A DNA stretch of 64,000 nt from Nitrospiraceae bacterium (lineage in GTDB: Bacteria > Nitrospirota > Nitrospiria > Nitrospirales > Nitrospiraceae), in the NCBI GenBank assembly GCA_050246315.1, contig JBFWWG010000003.1:224001-288000 (forward strand), written 5' to 3'. The notes under the pieces are model-generated. The model was not told where the DNA came from and made no database searches. It saw only the letters and a list, made by a program, of their open reading frames with translations. Below, in pieces: positions 50,502 through 60,522 of this stretch (position 1 is its first letter; the number at the start of each line of letters is the position of its first letter). The position numbers and the translations under genes were made by a program.

Positions 50502-51407
50502 ATGAGGCTGATTCCCACCACCGCATTGACGCAATCCGGCCGACGCCTCCCGGACTGGTTCAAGGTGCGTCTGACGACCGGCCCCGATTATCAGGAGGTC
50601 CGGCACATCGTGGACCGGTTAGGACTGCACACGATCTGCGAAGAGGCGCGCTGTCCGAACCGCTGGGAATGCTGGAATCACCGCACTGCCACCTTTCTTA
50701 TTTTGGGCGATATCTGCACCAGGCGATGTCACTACTGTTCAGTCGGCACCGGCAGACCGCTCCCGATCGATCGAGACGAGCCGGGCCGTGTGGCGGAGGC
50801 GGTGCACGCCATGGGACTTCGCCATGCCGTGATTACTTCGGTCAATCGTGATGAGCTCCCCGACGGAGGCGCTTCGATCTTCGCTGAGACGATCCGCTCC
50901 GTTCGGCGACTCACCCCGACCTGCGCGATCGAAGTCCTGATCCCGGACTTCGAAGGCAACGAGGCGGCACTCCAGACTGTGCTCGACGAGCGCCCGGACA
51001 TTCTCAACCACAATATCGAAACGGTCAGGCGGTTGTTTCCCTCCATTCGGCCGCAGGGCAAATACGACCGGTCTCTCAATTTACTGGATCGCGCCAGCCG
51101 GTTGGGCGCCAGAACCAAGTCCGGCGTGATTGCAGGAATGGGTGAGACCGCCGACGAAATCCGCGAGGTGATGCGCGATCTGCGCTCGGTCCGCTGCGAG
51201 ATCCTGACGATCGGACAGTATCTCCAGCCGAGCGCGCAGCATCTGCCGGTCGCTCACTTTTACCATCCTGACGACTTTGCCACCTTCAGAGACGACGCCT
51301 ATGCGATGGGCTTCACACATGTGGAATCGGGGCCGCTGGTACGTAGCTCCTATCATGCGGCGGAACAGGCAAGCCACTCCCACATCGATGCCGGCAAGGC
51401 CACCTGA
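50502..51407 (+). CDS. lipA: Lipoyl synthase
   Basis: CEEARCPNRWEC, CTRRCHYC, NHNIETV, VRSSY. Confidence 0.96.
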   Translation: MRLIPTTALTQSGRRLPDWFKVRLTTGPDYQEVRHIVDRLGLHTICEEARCPNRWECWNHRTATFLILGDICTRRCHYCSVGTGRPLPIDRDEPGRVAEAVHAMGLRHAVITSVNRDELPDGGASIFAETIRSVRRLTPTCAIEVLIPDFEGNEAALQTVLDERPDILNHNIETVRRLFPSIRPQGKYDRSLNLLDRASRLGARTKSGVIAGMGETADEIREVMRDLRSVRCEILTIGQYLQPSAQHLPVAHFYHPDDFATFRDDAYAMGFTHVESGPLVRSSYHAAEQASHSHIDAGKAT

Positions 51408-51578
51408 CCAACGCGACGATCGCCCGGCTCCCATCCCGTTCAACCTCGGTGACAGTGATTCCCGGCTTCGCGCAAAATTGACTCTCCACGACACCGTCAC
51501 TATAATCACCTCATCATCGTTCCTGTCGTTGTTCGATTTCGCTCCAGCGTTACGCTCCAATCGTTGCGATTGACGCCG

Positions 51579-51944
51579 ATGATCCCGCGTCCGAAAGCTC
51601 CCTTCACAGAACGGCTTCGGAAACTCCGTCCTCAGTTGGCGCATGCCTTTGCGGTTCATCCCGAGGGACGCCTGCTATCACGGGAGGATGAGGCGCTGCT
51701 CGAACGGTTGGCCTCGACCATCATCGATCGCCGCATGGCGATGCCGGCGCTGTTGTTTTTCGAGTCGATGGGCCCGATGAATTTTCTCGGCAGTCAGGTC
51801 CTTCATTTCCTCACGCCTCTCCTCAACCTTGCCTGTCATGCGGCGGAGTTCGACCACGCCGCCCGCCTGCTGGAACGCCGCGACACGATCCCCCGCTTGA
51901 TTGCGCTCATCGAGGCCAAGGCTTCGGTCGCCGCGACCCGATGA
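51579..51944 (+). CDS. Hypothetical protein, first gene of the GlmL-like operon
   Basis: PALLFFESMGPMNFLGSQ; ATGA overlap with the next gene. Confidence 0.7.
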   Translation: MIPRPKAPFTERLRKLRPQLAHAFAVHPEGRLLSREDEALLERLASTIIDRRMAMPALLFFESMGPMNFLGSQVLHFLTPLLNLACHAAEFDHAARLLERRDTIPRLIALIEAKASVAATR

Positions 51945-53812
51945 CGGAGCGGCCGTCCACTCACCTCGCCGCGGACCTGCCGCTGTCCGTCATCATCGCC
52001 ACGGATTGCGGCAGCACCACTACCAAAGCCATCCTCATTGAAAAAATCGGACAGGAATACCGGCAGACGTTCCGGGGCGAGGCTCCGACCACGGTAGAAG
52101 CCCCATTCGAGGATGTCACCCGAGGAGTCCTGAACGCGTTTGCCGAACTCGAGGAGCTATCCGGGAGAAGGATTCTGGACGGCGACCGCCTCATTATTCC
52201 GAGCCGGGTGGAGTCCGACGGCGCGCGAGTCGGCGTGGACATCTATGTCTCGACCAGCAGCGCGGGGGGTGGATTGCAGATGGTCGTCACCGGCGTGGTC
52301 CGCAGTATGACCGGAGAAAGCGCACAGCGTTGTGCCCTCGGAGCCGGCGCCATCGTGATCGACGTCCTGACCTCCAACGACGGCCGGCTGCCGCACGAAA
52401 AGATCGAGCGGATCCGTTCGCTCCGGCCCGACATGATTCTGATGGCCGGCGGAACCGACGGCGGCACGGTAAAGCACGTGGTCGAGATGGCCCAGTACGT
52501 CTCCGCGGCCGAGCCACGCCCCCGGTTTGGCAGCGGCTTCACGCTGCCCGTCGTCTATGCGGGGAACCAAGACGTCCGCCCACAGGTTCAGGACCTGCTC
52601 GGAACCAAGACCGCCCTCGTGCTCGCGCCGAACATCAGGCCGAGGCTCGAAGAAGAGCATCTCGCGCCCGCGCGGGACAAGATCCACGAGTTGTTCCTTG
52701 AACATGTCATGAAGGAGGCGCCGGGCTACCGCAAGTTGATCGAGATGGCCGGCGCACCCATCATGCCGACACCGGCCGCCGTCGGTCTCATCATGGAGAA
52801 AATCGCCAAGCGCCAGCAGATCAATCTGCTCGGCGTTGATATCGGAGGGGCCACGACGGACGTGTTTTCCGTCTTTGATGGCATGTTTAACCGCACGGTG
52901 AGCGCCAATTTGGGTATGTCCTACAGCGTCTCCAATGTGCTGGTCGAGGCCGGCATTTCGAACATTATGCGCTGGGTGCCTTTCACGATCGACGAGCAGA
53001 CACTGCGGAACCGGATCAAGAACAAGATGATCCGGCCGACGACCATCCCACAGACGCTGGATGAGCTCATGGTCGAGCATGCGATCGCCAGAGAGGCATT
53101 GCGGCTCGCTCTGGTCCATCACAAGTCACTCGCAACCGGCCTCAAGGGCATTCGCCAGCAACGCACGATTTCGGATATCTTCGAGCAGCGGCAGACCGGC
53201 CGTTCATTGATCGACATGCTGCGACTCGACCTGATCGTCGGGAGCGGCGGCATTCTGTCCCACGCCCCGCGTCGCGTGCAGTCCATGCTCATGATGGTGG
53301 ATGCCTACGAACCGCTGGGGTTCACGATGCTGTCCGTGGACAGCATCTTCATGATGCCGCATCTGGGCGTGCTCTCCACGGTCAACGAACAGGCGGCGAC
53401 CGACGTGTTCCTGCGCGACTGCCTCATCTATCTCGGCACGTGTGTGGCACCCATCGGACAGGGGAGAACGGGAGAGACGTGTGCCGACTATCGCATTACG
53501 TTCTCAGACGGTCGGTCACCCGAATCCGGACGTCTGGCATTCGGCGAGCTGATCCTGATCCCCTTAGCGCACGAGCACCCGGCGACCATCGCGCTGATGC
53601 CGGATCCCTTGTGCGATGTCGGGCAGGGGAAGGGACAGCCGGTCACCCGAGAGGTCCGGGGAGGGATCGTGGGGCTCTTACTCGACGGCCGGGGGCGGCC
53701 GTTGCAATTGCCCTCGGACCCATCGATCAGGCAGGCCCAGTTGGAACGATGGTCTCGCACGTTGGATCTCTATCCCGCCGCATCATGGCACACGCTTACA
53801 CTCCAGGCCTAA
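51941..53812 (+). CDS. Glutamate mutase L (GlmL/MutL)-like ASKHA ATPase
   Basis: TDCGSTTTK, SSAGGGL, AGGTDGG, MPTP, GVDIGGATTDVFS, RTVSANLGM. Confidence 0.8.
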   Translation: MTERPSTHLAADLPLSVIIATDCGSTTTKAILIEKIGQEYRQTFRGEAPTTVEAPFEDVTRGVLNAFAELEELSGRRILDGDRLIIPSRVESDGARVGVDIYVSTSSAGGGLQMVVTGVVRSMTGESAQRCALGAGAIVIDVLTSNDGRLPHEKIERIRSLRPDMILMAGGTDGGTVKHVVEMAQYVSAAEPRPRFGSGFTLPVVYAGNQDVRPQVQDLLGTKTALVLAPNIRPRLEEEHLAPARDKIHELFLEHVMKEAPGYRKLIEMAGAPIMPTPAAVGLIMEKIAKRQQINLLGVDIGGATTDVFSVFDGMFNRTVSANLGMSYSVSNVLVEAGISNIMRWVPFTIDEQTLRNRIKNKMIRPTTIPQTLDELMVEHAIAREALRLALVHHKSLATGLKGIRQQRTISDIFEQRQTGRSLIDMLRLDLIVGSGGILSHAPRRVQSMLMMVDAYEPLGFTMLSVDSIFMMPHLGVLSTVNEQAATDVFLRDCLIYLGTCVAPIGQGRTGETCADYRITFSDGRSPESGRLAFGELILIPLAHEHPATIALMPDPLCDVGQGKGQPVTREVRGGIVGLLLDGRGRPLQLPSDPSIRQAQLERWSRTLDLYPAASWHTLTLQA

Positions 53813-54915
53813 CGGTCACCGAGCAGGCGAGGGTGCGGCGGCGGCGCCTGCTGCCGCTCGCCGGGACGGTCATCGTACAGGCGGGACAACAGGTAGCCGC
53901 CAAACAGGTCGTCGCGCAGACCAGCCTCCCCGGTAAGGTGTATCCGGTCAACGTTGCCAACCAACTCGGCATCGCTCCGGATGAGATCCTGCACTATCTC
54001 ACCAAGCACGTCGGCGACCCGGTGCAAAAAGACGAGATCGTCGCCGAGAACAAGCCGCTCTTGAAATGGCTCAAGATGGAGATTCCGTCTCCGATCGGCG
54101 GAACGGTCGATTCGGCCTCGCCGATCACCGGACAGATCCTGCTGCGGGAACCTCCGCTCGTGCTCGATTTGCTGGCCTATTTGGATGGTGTCGTCGCCGA
54201 AGTCCACGGTCGTGAAGGCGTTACCATCGAAGCCGTTTGCACGCTGGTTCAGGGCATCTTCGGGGTCGGCGGAGAAACCTGGGGGCCGATCGTCATGGGT
54301 GTGTCCTCGCCCGATGAATCGCTGTCCGCCGAACGGTTGACCCCTTCGATGAAAGGCTGCGTGGTTGTCGGCGGCTCGTTTCTGTCCTACGAGACGATGA
54401 GGCGCGCGAAGGAGTTGGGGATCATCGGATTAGTGGTCGGGGGAGTGCACGACCAGGATATTCGGAGCCTCCTCGGGTACGACCTTGGCGTGGCGATCAC
54501 GGGAACTGAGCGGATCGGCTTCACGTTGATCCTCACGGAGGGATTCGGGACCATTCCAATGGCCGCCCGCACCTTCGCCCTCCTGTCCAAGTCTGAGGGT
54601 CGGCAAGCCTCCGTATCGGGCGCCACACAAATCCGCGCCGGCGTCATCCGGCCGGAAATCATCATCGCCCAAGGGTCGGACGACGGGTTCCGCAATGGAT
54701 CGGACGATCTCGGGTCGAAGGAGGGAATTCAGATCGGCGATCACGTCCGGATCATTCGAGATCCGCTGTTCGGCCGAATCGGCGAGGTCTCGGCCTTACC
54801 CTCCGAGCCCTCTAGGATTGCGACGGAAAGCCTGGTCCGGGTTCTCGGCGTCAGGTTTTCCAATGGCGAAGAGGCTTTCATTCCACGGGCCAACATCGAG
54901 GTTATTGAAGGATAA
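53785..54915 (+). CDS. Conserved hypothetical protein with barrel-sandwich-hybrid-like segments and a C-terminal KOW/SH3-like segment
   Basis: MAHAYTPGL; VQAGQQV, KHVGDPVQKDEIVA, SPIGGTV; IGDHVRIIRDPLFGRIGEV. Confidence 0.7.
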   Translation: MAHAYTPGLTVTEQARVRRRRLLPLAGTVIVQAGQQVAAKQVVAQTSLPGKVYPVNVANQLGIAPDEILHYLTKHVGDPVQKDEIVAENKPLLKWLKMEIPSPIGGTVDSASPITGQILLREPPLVLDLLAYLDGVVAEVHGREGVTIEAVCTLVQGIFGVGGETWGPIVMGVSSPDESLSAERLTPSMKGCVVVGGSFLSYETMRRAKELGIIGLVVGGVHDQDIRSLLGYDLGVAITGTERIGFTLILTEGFGTIPMAARTFALLSKSEGRQASVSGATQIRAGVIRPEIIIAQGSDDGFRNGSDDLGSKEGIQIGDHVRIIRDPLFGRIGEVSALPSEPSRIATESLVRVLGVRFSNGEEAFIPRANIEVIEG

Positions 54916-54916
54916 C

Positions 54917-56182
54917 ATGAGGTTTTTCGCCAGTACGATATCGGTCCTGATCATGGTGCAGACCGCCGCGCTGTCCGCACCGATCGCACAGGGGCTTGCC
55001 GCGATGGAATCAACCCTGCCGATACCCCAACAGGTCCAGGCCTTTGACACGCCCAGCGACGGCGGCGGTCGTATCACGGTACTCTGGGCTCCCTCGCCTG
55101 GAGACGGCCCGGATCTGCACTACCAGGTGTTGCTCCAGGAGGGACCGCCGCCCGCAGACCCAGCCAAGATGAAGGTCATTGCGGAATTTCCCTCGAATAC
55201 CCACCATGTCAAAGATGCCAACCAGCCCTGGTGGACCAGCCGCGACGGAACCGGCTCTCATCTCTACCAGATCCGCAGCGGCAGAGGGGTCGAGATCAAG
55301 AACGGGATGCCCTATTCGATTGCGGTCGCATCGGTGCAGGGCGGGCAGCGAGCGTTTGCGCCGCCCGTACGGGCGATCGCATCGCCCAATTGGTTCAACT
55401 GGAATGCGTTGAATAATCTCGTCATCGCGCTCTCGTTCGGTCTGCTCGTCCTCTTTGCAATCCGGAGGGCGCACCGGAAACCGATCTTTCTCCGCTATAT
55501 CCCGGGCCTGGACGCCGTGGACGAGGCGATCGGGCGGGCCACCGAACTGGGAAAGCCGGTCATGTACCTGACCGGCGCGCATGACATGAGTGATCCGTCC
55601 ACGGTTGCGGCGGCTGTCATTCTTGGACGCGTGGCGACCCGCACCGCGGCCTACGAGACCGATCTCATGGTCCCCCATCGCAACCCGATCACGATGGCCG
55701 TCTGCCAGGAAATCACTCGACAGGCCTATTTTGAAGCTGGCAAGCCGGATCTCTTCCGCGAAGACGCCAACTTCTTCATCACTGCCGATCAGTTCAGCTA
55801 CACCGCCTCGGTGGACGGCATCATGCTTCGGACCAAGCCGGCCGCCAACTTCTTCATGGGTGCATATTTTGCCGAAGCCCTCCTGTTGACAGAAACCGGC
55901 GCCAGCACCGGTGCTATCCAGATTGCCGGCACCGATTCCGATCACCAGTTGCCGTTCTTTGTGACCACCTGCGACTACACTTTGATCGGCGAGGAACTCT
56001 ACGCCGCCAGCGCGTATCTTTCTCGGGAACCGGTACAGGTCGGCACGTTGCTGGGGCAGGATATCGGGAAACTCACGGTGCTGAGCTTGATTGCAATCGG
56101 CAGCATCGCCGCCACCCTCAAGCTGGGATTCGGCGTCGAATGGGCGCACCTCTTGCTCGATGCCCTGCGGGACGTGAAATGA
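54917..56182 (+). CDS. FN3-like domain + DUF6754-like membrane protein
   Basis: Signal peptide; AFDTPSDGGGRITVLW; TM; LRYIPGLDAVDEAIGRATELGKPV; LIGEELYAASAYL. Confidence 0.7.
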   Translation: MRFFASTISVLIMVQTAALSAPIAQGLAAMESTLPIPQQVQAFDTPSDGGGRITVLWAPSPGDGPDLHYQVLLQEGPPPADPAKMKVIAEFPSNTHHVKDANQPWWTSRDGTGSHLYQIRSGRGVEIKNGMPYSIAVASVQGGQRAFAPPVRAIASPNWFNWNALNNLVIALSFGLLVLFAIRRAHRKPIFLRYIPGLDAVDEAIGRATELGKPVMYLTGAHDMSDPSTVAAAVILGRVATRTAAYETDLMVPHRNPITMAVCQEITRQAYFEAGKPDLFREDANFFITADQFSYTASVDGIMLRTKPAANFFMGAYFAEALLLTETGASTGAIQIAGTDSDHQLPFFVTTCDYTLIGEELYAASAYLSREPVQVGTLLGQDIGKLTVLSLIAIGSIAATLKLGFGVEWAHLLLDALRDVK

Positions 56183-56829
56183 ATCTGCTCCGTCGCCAAC
56201 TGCCGCTCTTGGTCGCGATGATCACCGGCCTCCTCTTCGCCGGACAATATTACGTTCCCCATCCGGCCTCCGAGGAGATGCTCACCGCCGTCACAAAGTG
56301 GATGCAGATCATCGGCGGCTTTGCCTTGATCCTCGGCATCACCAGCCTGTTCACCGTCCATGCGACCAAGATCCGTCGCAAAGAGGCCGGCTGGGGGTAC
56401 AGCGTCATTCTCTACGCCGGGATACTGGGCACGGTGGCGATGGGGCTCTGGTCGGAAGGCAAGGAAGCGGTCGAGGGAGCGACGACGGCATTCGGATGGG
56501 TCTACAGCTACATGATGGTGCCGCTGCAGGGGACGATGTTCTCGTTGCTGGCCTTTTTCATCGCCTCGGCCGCCTACCGCTCCTTCCGAGCCCGCAGCCG
56601 CGAGGCGGCCGTGCTCCTGACCGCGGCCGTGATCGTCATGATGGGGCGGGTGCCCTTGGGCGAGTACCTGATTCCGATCAGCGGCGACCTCTCGCAATGG
56701 ATCTTGAACGTGCTGAACGCCTCGGTGCGTCGGGCCATTCTCATCGGTGTGAGCCTCGGGGCCGTTGCCCTGTCCTTCAAAATCATCTTCGGCATCGAGC
56801 GCTCATACCTGGGGGGTGGGAAGGAATGA
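56179..56829 (+). CDS. Multi-pass membrane protein
   Basis: About 6 TM; TMFSLLAFFIASAAYRSFRAR; ATGA overlap. Confidence 0.75.
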   Translation: MNLLRRQLPLLVAMITGLLFAGQYYVPHPASEEMLTAVTKWMQIIGGFALILGITSLFTVHATKIRRKEAGWGYSVILYAGILGTVAMGLWSEGKEAVEGATTAFGWVYSYMMVPLQGTMFSLLAFFIASAAYRSFRARSREAAVLLTAAVIVMMGRVPLGEYLIPISGDLSQWILNVLNASVRRAILIGVSLGAVALSFKIIFGIERSYLGGGKE

Positions 56830-56830
56830 C

Positions 56831-56900
56831 GTTCACGGTTCACCGTTGGTTGGCCCACGAAGAAGCCGACCAGTTCACGTTTCACGATTCACGAATCACG
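56831..56900. repeat. Intergenic heptamer repeats (nTTCACG)
   Basis: GTTCACG GTTCACC ... GTTCACG TTTCACG ATTCACG AATCACG. Confidence 0.55.
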
Positions 56901-56908
56901 GTCTCCTG

Positions 56909-57748
56909 ATGACATTCGCGGAACGAATGTTGGCCATCGATCGCCGGATCATTTTTGTCGTGATCGGCCTGTGCACCCTGCTGCCTCTCCTCTATCCGGT
57001 GGGGCTCCCGATCAGAATCTCCCCGGAGGTCAAGGGCATCTACGACTACATCGAAGCGATGCCGGAAGGCTCCGTGCTCCTCCTGTCGCTCGACTTCGAC
57101 CCGGCCTCGAAGCCGGAACTGTACCCGCAGGCGGTCTCCATTTTGCGTCATGCGTTCAAGAAAAACCTTCGTGTGGTGGCCATGACCCTCTGGGTGACCG
57201 GCACCGGCATGGCGGACCAGGTGGTCACACAGATCGCCAAGGAGGCAGGCAAGACGAACGGCCGGGACTACGTCTTCCTTGGCTGGAGTCCGGGTGGCAG
57301 CGCGGTCATCATCAATTTGGGACAAGATCTGTACACGACGTTCCCCACCGACTACGGCGGCCGCCCTACCGAGGGCCTGCCGGTGCTCGCCGGAGTCCGG
57401 AATCTCCGCGACATGGACTATGCCGTCTGTCTTGGTGCAGGCAATCCCGGAGTCGGCGAATGGTACGTGTTCGGCAAAGATAAGTATAAGTTCGAGCTGG
57501 GAGGAGGATCGACCGGCGTGATCGCGCCGGGCCTGTATCCCTTACTGAGGAGCGGTCAGATTAATGGGCTCATCGGTGGCCTCAGGGGAGCGGCGGAATA
57601 CGAGAGCCTGATCGGGCAGAAGGGGAGGGCCGTGGCCGGGATGGACGCGCAGTCGGCCACGCATCTTGCCATCATCGTGCTCGTGATCATCTGCAACCTG
57701 TTCTATTTTTCTCTGCAGCACAAGCGCAGGCAGAGCGATCTGCGCTGA
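56909..57748 (+). CDS. Membrane-anchored conserved hypothetical protein
   Basis: N- and C-terminal TM; DFDPASKPEL, GLIGGLRGAAEYE, MDAQS. Confidence 0.75.
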   Translation: MTFAERMLAIDRRIIFVVIGLCTLLPLLYPVGLPIRISPEVKGIYDYIEAMPEGSVLLLSLDFDPASKPELYPQAVSILRHAFKKNLRVVAMTLWVTGTGMADQVVTQIAKEAGKTNGRDYVFLGWSPGGSAVIINLGQDLYTTFPTDYGGRPTEGLPVLAGVRNLRDMDYAVCLGAGNPGVGEWYVFGKDKYKFELGGGSTGVIAPGLYPLLRSGQINGLIGGLRGAAEYESLIGQKGRAVAGMDAQSATHLAIIVLVIICNLFYFSLQHKRRQSDLR

Positions 57749-57770
57749 TCCGTCGAAAGGAGCCTGACGC

Positions 57771-58520
57771 GTGTCGTTCGAGATGCTGTTCGGGGCCTGG
57801 GTCGCGACGGGGTTGACCCTGTTCATCATGACCTTCCTCTATCAGGATAACCCGTTGTTCAAGGCGGCTGAACATCTCTACGTCGGCGTCTCGGTGGGGT
57901 ACGAGATCGTCAAGGCGACGGATATTGTTCTGTTGCGCTTGATCATCAAGCCGATCGCGGAAAACGGCGAATGGTCGCTGTTGATCCCGGTCGGCATCGG
58001 CCTGCTGATGTTGACCCGTTACGTGCCGAAGGTCTCCTGGCTCTCTCGCTATGCCTTCGCCTTCATCGTCGGAGTGGGAGCGGGATTGGCGATCCCGCGC
58101 ACGATCTCCTCCTTCATCCTCAAGCAGATCGAGGATACCGTTCGTCCGCTGTTGACTCTCGACGCCGTGGACGGGATCAGCTTCTCTCTGAGCCTGTTGA
58201 ATCCAGCCAGCAATCTGAACGCCGTGATCATTTTGGTGGGCGTCGCCAGCGTCCTGTACTATTTTCTGTTCACCGTCGAACATGCGGGGCTGGGGCGCGC
58301 CGTAGCCCGCATAGGGATCCTATTTCTCATGATCTCCTTCGGCGCGGCCTTCGGCTACACGGTCATGGCTCGCATGTCGCTCTTGATCGGCCGGCTGACC
58401 GATCTGATCGAATTCGCTTCTCCCGCTTATCACTATGCCAGCCTCTGGCTTGCGGCCGCGACGATCGCCACACTCGCCCTGCGCGCGACCAGACGGAAGG
58501 ATGTTCCGCCTTCCCATTGA
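57771..58520 (+). CDS. Multi-pass membrane protein
   Basis: SFLY-like TFLYQDNPLFKAAEHLYVGVSVGY; FLMISFGAAFGYTVMARMSLLIGR. Confidence 0.75.
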   Translation: MSFEMLFGAWVATGLTLFIMTFLYQDNPLFKAAEHLYVGVSVGYEIVKATDIVLLRLIIKPIAENGEWSLLIPVGIGLLMLTRYVPKVSWLSRYAFAFIVGVGAGLAIPRTISSFILKQIEDTVRPLLTLDAVDGISFSLSLLNPASNLNAVIILVGVASVLYYFLFTVEHAGLGRAVARIGILFLMISFGAAFGYTVMARMSLLIGRLTDLIEFASPAYHYASLWLAAATIATLALRATRRKDVPPSH

Positions 58521-58599
58521 GGTTCCGACTTGGTTGCGGGCCCGCGCACCCCTCGGGTAGAATGCATCCGCGGATACGTCAACAGCGAGGCTGTACGCG

Positions 58600-59850
58600 A
58601 TGGATACGTCCTCAACGACCAAACCGGACCGGGTTCAGAGCCATCCGGTGCTCCGGAACCTGCAATACTCGCCGATCAAGGAACAGGACGAACAGTACAT
58701 CGTCCTCTGGGATCCGTCCGGGGTCAGCATCGAGAGGCTCGTGCTCCCGCTGAACTACTTCTTCGTCGTCCAGCACTTTGACGGACAGCATTCGCTTGAC
58801 CAGATTGGGGCACTGTACCTGAATCGCTTCGGCGAGTTCCTGTTGCCGGAAAGGTTGCACCGGCTGGTGGTGGAGCTCGAAGCCAAGCTGTTTTTGGAGG
58901 GGCCCGCATCGGAAGCGGCCAAGGAAGCCCGCCGCAGAGCGTTCCGACAAGGTCCCGTCCGCCGCGCCGCTCATGCTGGAAAGAGCTATGAGGCGGAGGG
59001 ATTTAAACTGCGCCGGCAGATCGAAAGTTGGTATCAATCGAAGGAAGGCCCCGAGCAGAAACCTTCTCCCAACAAGGGGAAACGTATCAAGGGACTGGTG
59101 GCTCCGGCCTATGATCTGAAACAGGCCGGTCCGATTTACGCGTGGGCCTACAAGGAGCTCAATGAGGCGGAGAGCCCGGATGTCTTTGTGCTGCTGGCCC
59201 CCTGCCACGCCGGGATGGACTCCCTGTTCGCCTTCACGGACAAGGACTTCGAGACTCCGCTCGGAACGGTGCCCGTCAACAAACCAATGCTCGAACACTT
59301 ACAGCGGCACGGCGAGGAATTCTTCACCGACGACGCAGCCCATGAGCAGGAGCATGCGCTGGAATTTCAGCTTCCTCTCCTGCTGGACGCGGTCGGCAAG
59401 CAAAGGCCTTGCACGATCGTGCCGATCCTCTGCAGCTTTTCGGCCCAGGATCTGAAAGAGCCCACGGTCAGGACCGGCATCGACCGCATCGTGGACCTTC
59501 TCCGTCATGCCTCATCCGAGGCCGAGGTCGAGCCCTGCGTGATCGCCAGTGCCGACCTCGCCCACATCGGTATGCGGTACGGCGATGCGGCCCCGCCGAC
59601 GGACTTTTCATTCCACCGCTGCATGCAACAGGACCTGGCCATGTTGAAGTTCGTGGAGGATCTCAAACCGGAGGAGTTCGCGTCATTCATTCAGCAGGAA
59701 GGGGACAGTCGGCGCATCACCGGGTTCGCGCCCATCTACAGCCTGCTGCGAATGATCACGGCGGAGTCGGGACAGGTCCACCGCTACGACCGAGGGATTA
59801 CCGACCAATACAATAGCACGGTGACGTACGCCAGCATGGCCTTCTTCTGA
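58600..59850 (+). CDS. MEMO1-family (AmmeMemoRadiSam protein B-like) protein with an N-terminal extension
   Basis: RRAAHAGKSY, FETPLG, HEQEHALEFQLP, IASADLAHIG, VTYASMAF. Confidence 0.8.
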   Translation: MDTSSTTKPDRVQSHPVLRNLQYSPIKEQDEQYIVLWDPSGVSIERLVLPLNYFFVVQHFDGQHSLDQIGALYLNRFGEFLLPERLHRLVVELEAKLFLEGPASEAAKEARRRAFRQGPVRRAAHAGKSYEAEGFKLRRQIESWYQSKEGPEQKPSPNKGKRIKGLVAPAYDLKQAGPIYAWAYKELNEAESPDVFVLLAPCHAGMDSLFAFTDKDFETPLGTVPVNKPMLEHLQRHGEEFFTDDAAHEQEHALEFQLPLLLDAVGKQRPCTIVPILCSFSAQDLKEPTVRTGIDRIVDLLRHASSEAEVEPCVIASADLAHIGMRYGDAAPPTDFSFHRCMQQDLAMLKFVEDLKPEEFASFIQQEGDSRRITGFAPIYSLLRMITAESGQVHRYDRGITDQYNSTVTYASMAFF

Positions 59851-59945
59851 ATTGCCCATCGTTATTCGTCATCCGTCAGCCGGCCGGAGCGGTGTTCTCA
59901 TTCCGCTCGATTGACCTATGACGAGTGACGAATGACGCTTGCTCG

Positions 59946-60470
59946 CTACTCCTTTACCGTGATCGTCATCGAAATCGGTTCAAGCGGATTGTCGGCCTGA
60001 TCTCGCGCCAGCGCCACGATCTTGTCCACGACCTCCATCCCACGGAACACCTCGCCGAAGACGGTATAGGTCCGGTCCAACCCGCTGTTCTCGCCGACCG
60101 AAATGTAAAACTGCGATCCACTGTCGTTGAAATCACGCGTGCGGTTGTTTTCTCGAGGCATCTTGGCCATGGCGACGGCGCCCCGCTTGTGGGGGCGATC
60201 GTTCGGCTCGGGAGGCAGAAAATAGCCTGGGCCTCCCGTTCCATGCTTCGTACGATCCTGGCTCTTACTCAACGGATCGCCGCCTTGAATGATAAAACCC
60301 GGTACCACACGATGGAAAGTCGTTCCATTGTAGAAACCCATCTTAGCCAAATTGATGAAGTTCTCCACGTGTCGCGGGGCTTCATCCGGATAGAATCGGA
60401 TCTTGATCTCGCCGAACTTGGTTGTAATCGTCACGCGTGGATCTTTCTTCTCGAATCCAAGTGTCGCCAT
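59946..60470 (-). CDS. Cyclophilin-type peptidyl-prolyl cis-trans isomerase
   Basis: APRHVENF, FYNGTTFHRV, IQGGDP, GSQFYI, YTVFGEV. Confidence 0.93.
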   Translation of the reverse strand: MATLGFEKKDPRVTITTKFGEIKIRFYPDEAPRHVENFINLAKMGFYNGTTFHRVVPGFIIQGGDPLSKSQDRTKHGTGGPGYFLPPEPNDRPHKRGAVAMAKMPRENNRTRDFNDSGSQFYISVGENSGLDRTYTVFGEVFRGMEVVDKIVALARDQADNPLEPISMTITVKE

Positions 60471-60522
60471 GGTCAGACTCTAGCGAAGTCGCAAGCCAAT
60501 CTGCAACCGGTTCTCCACAGGA

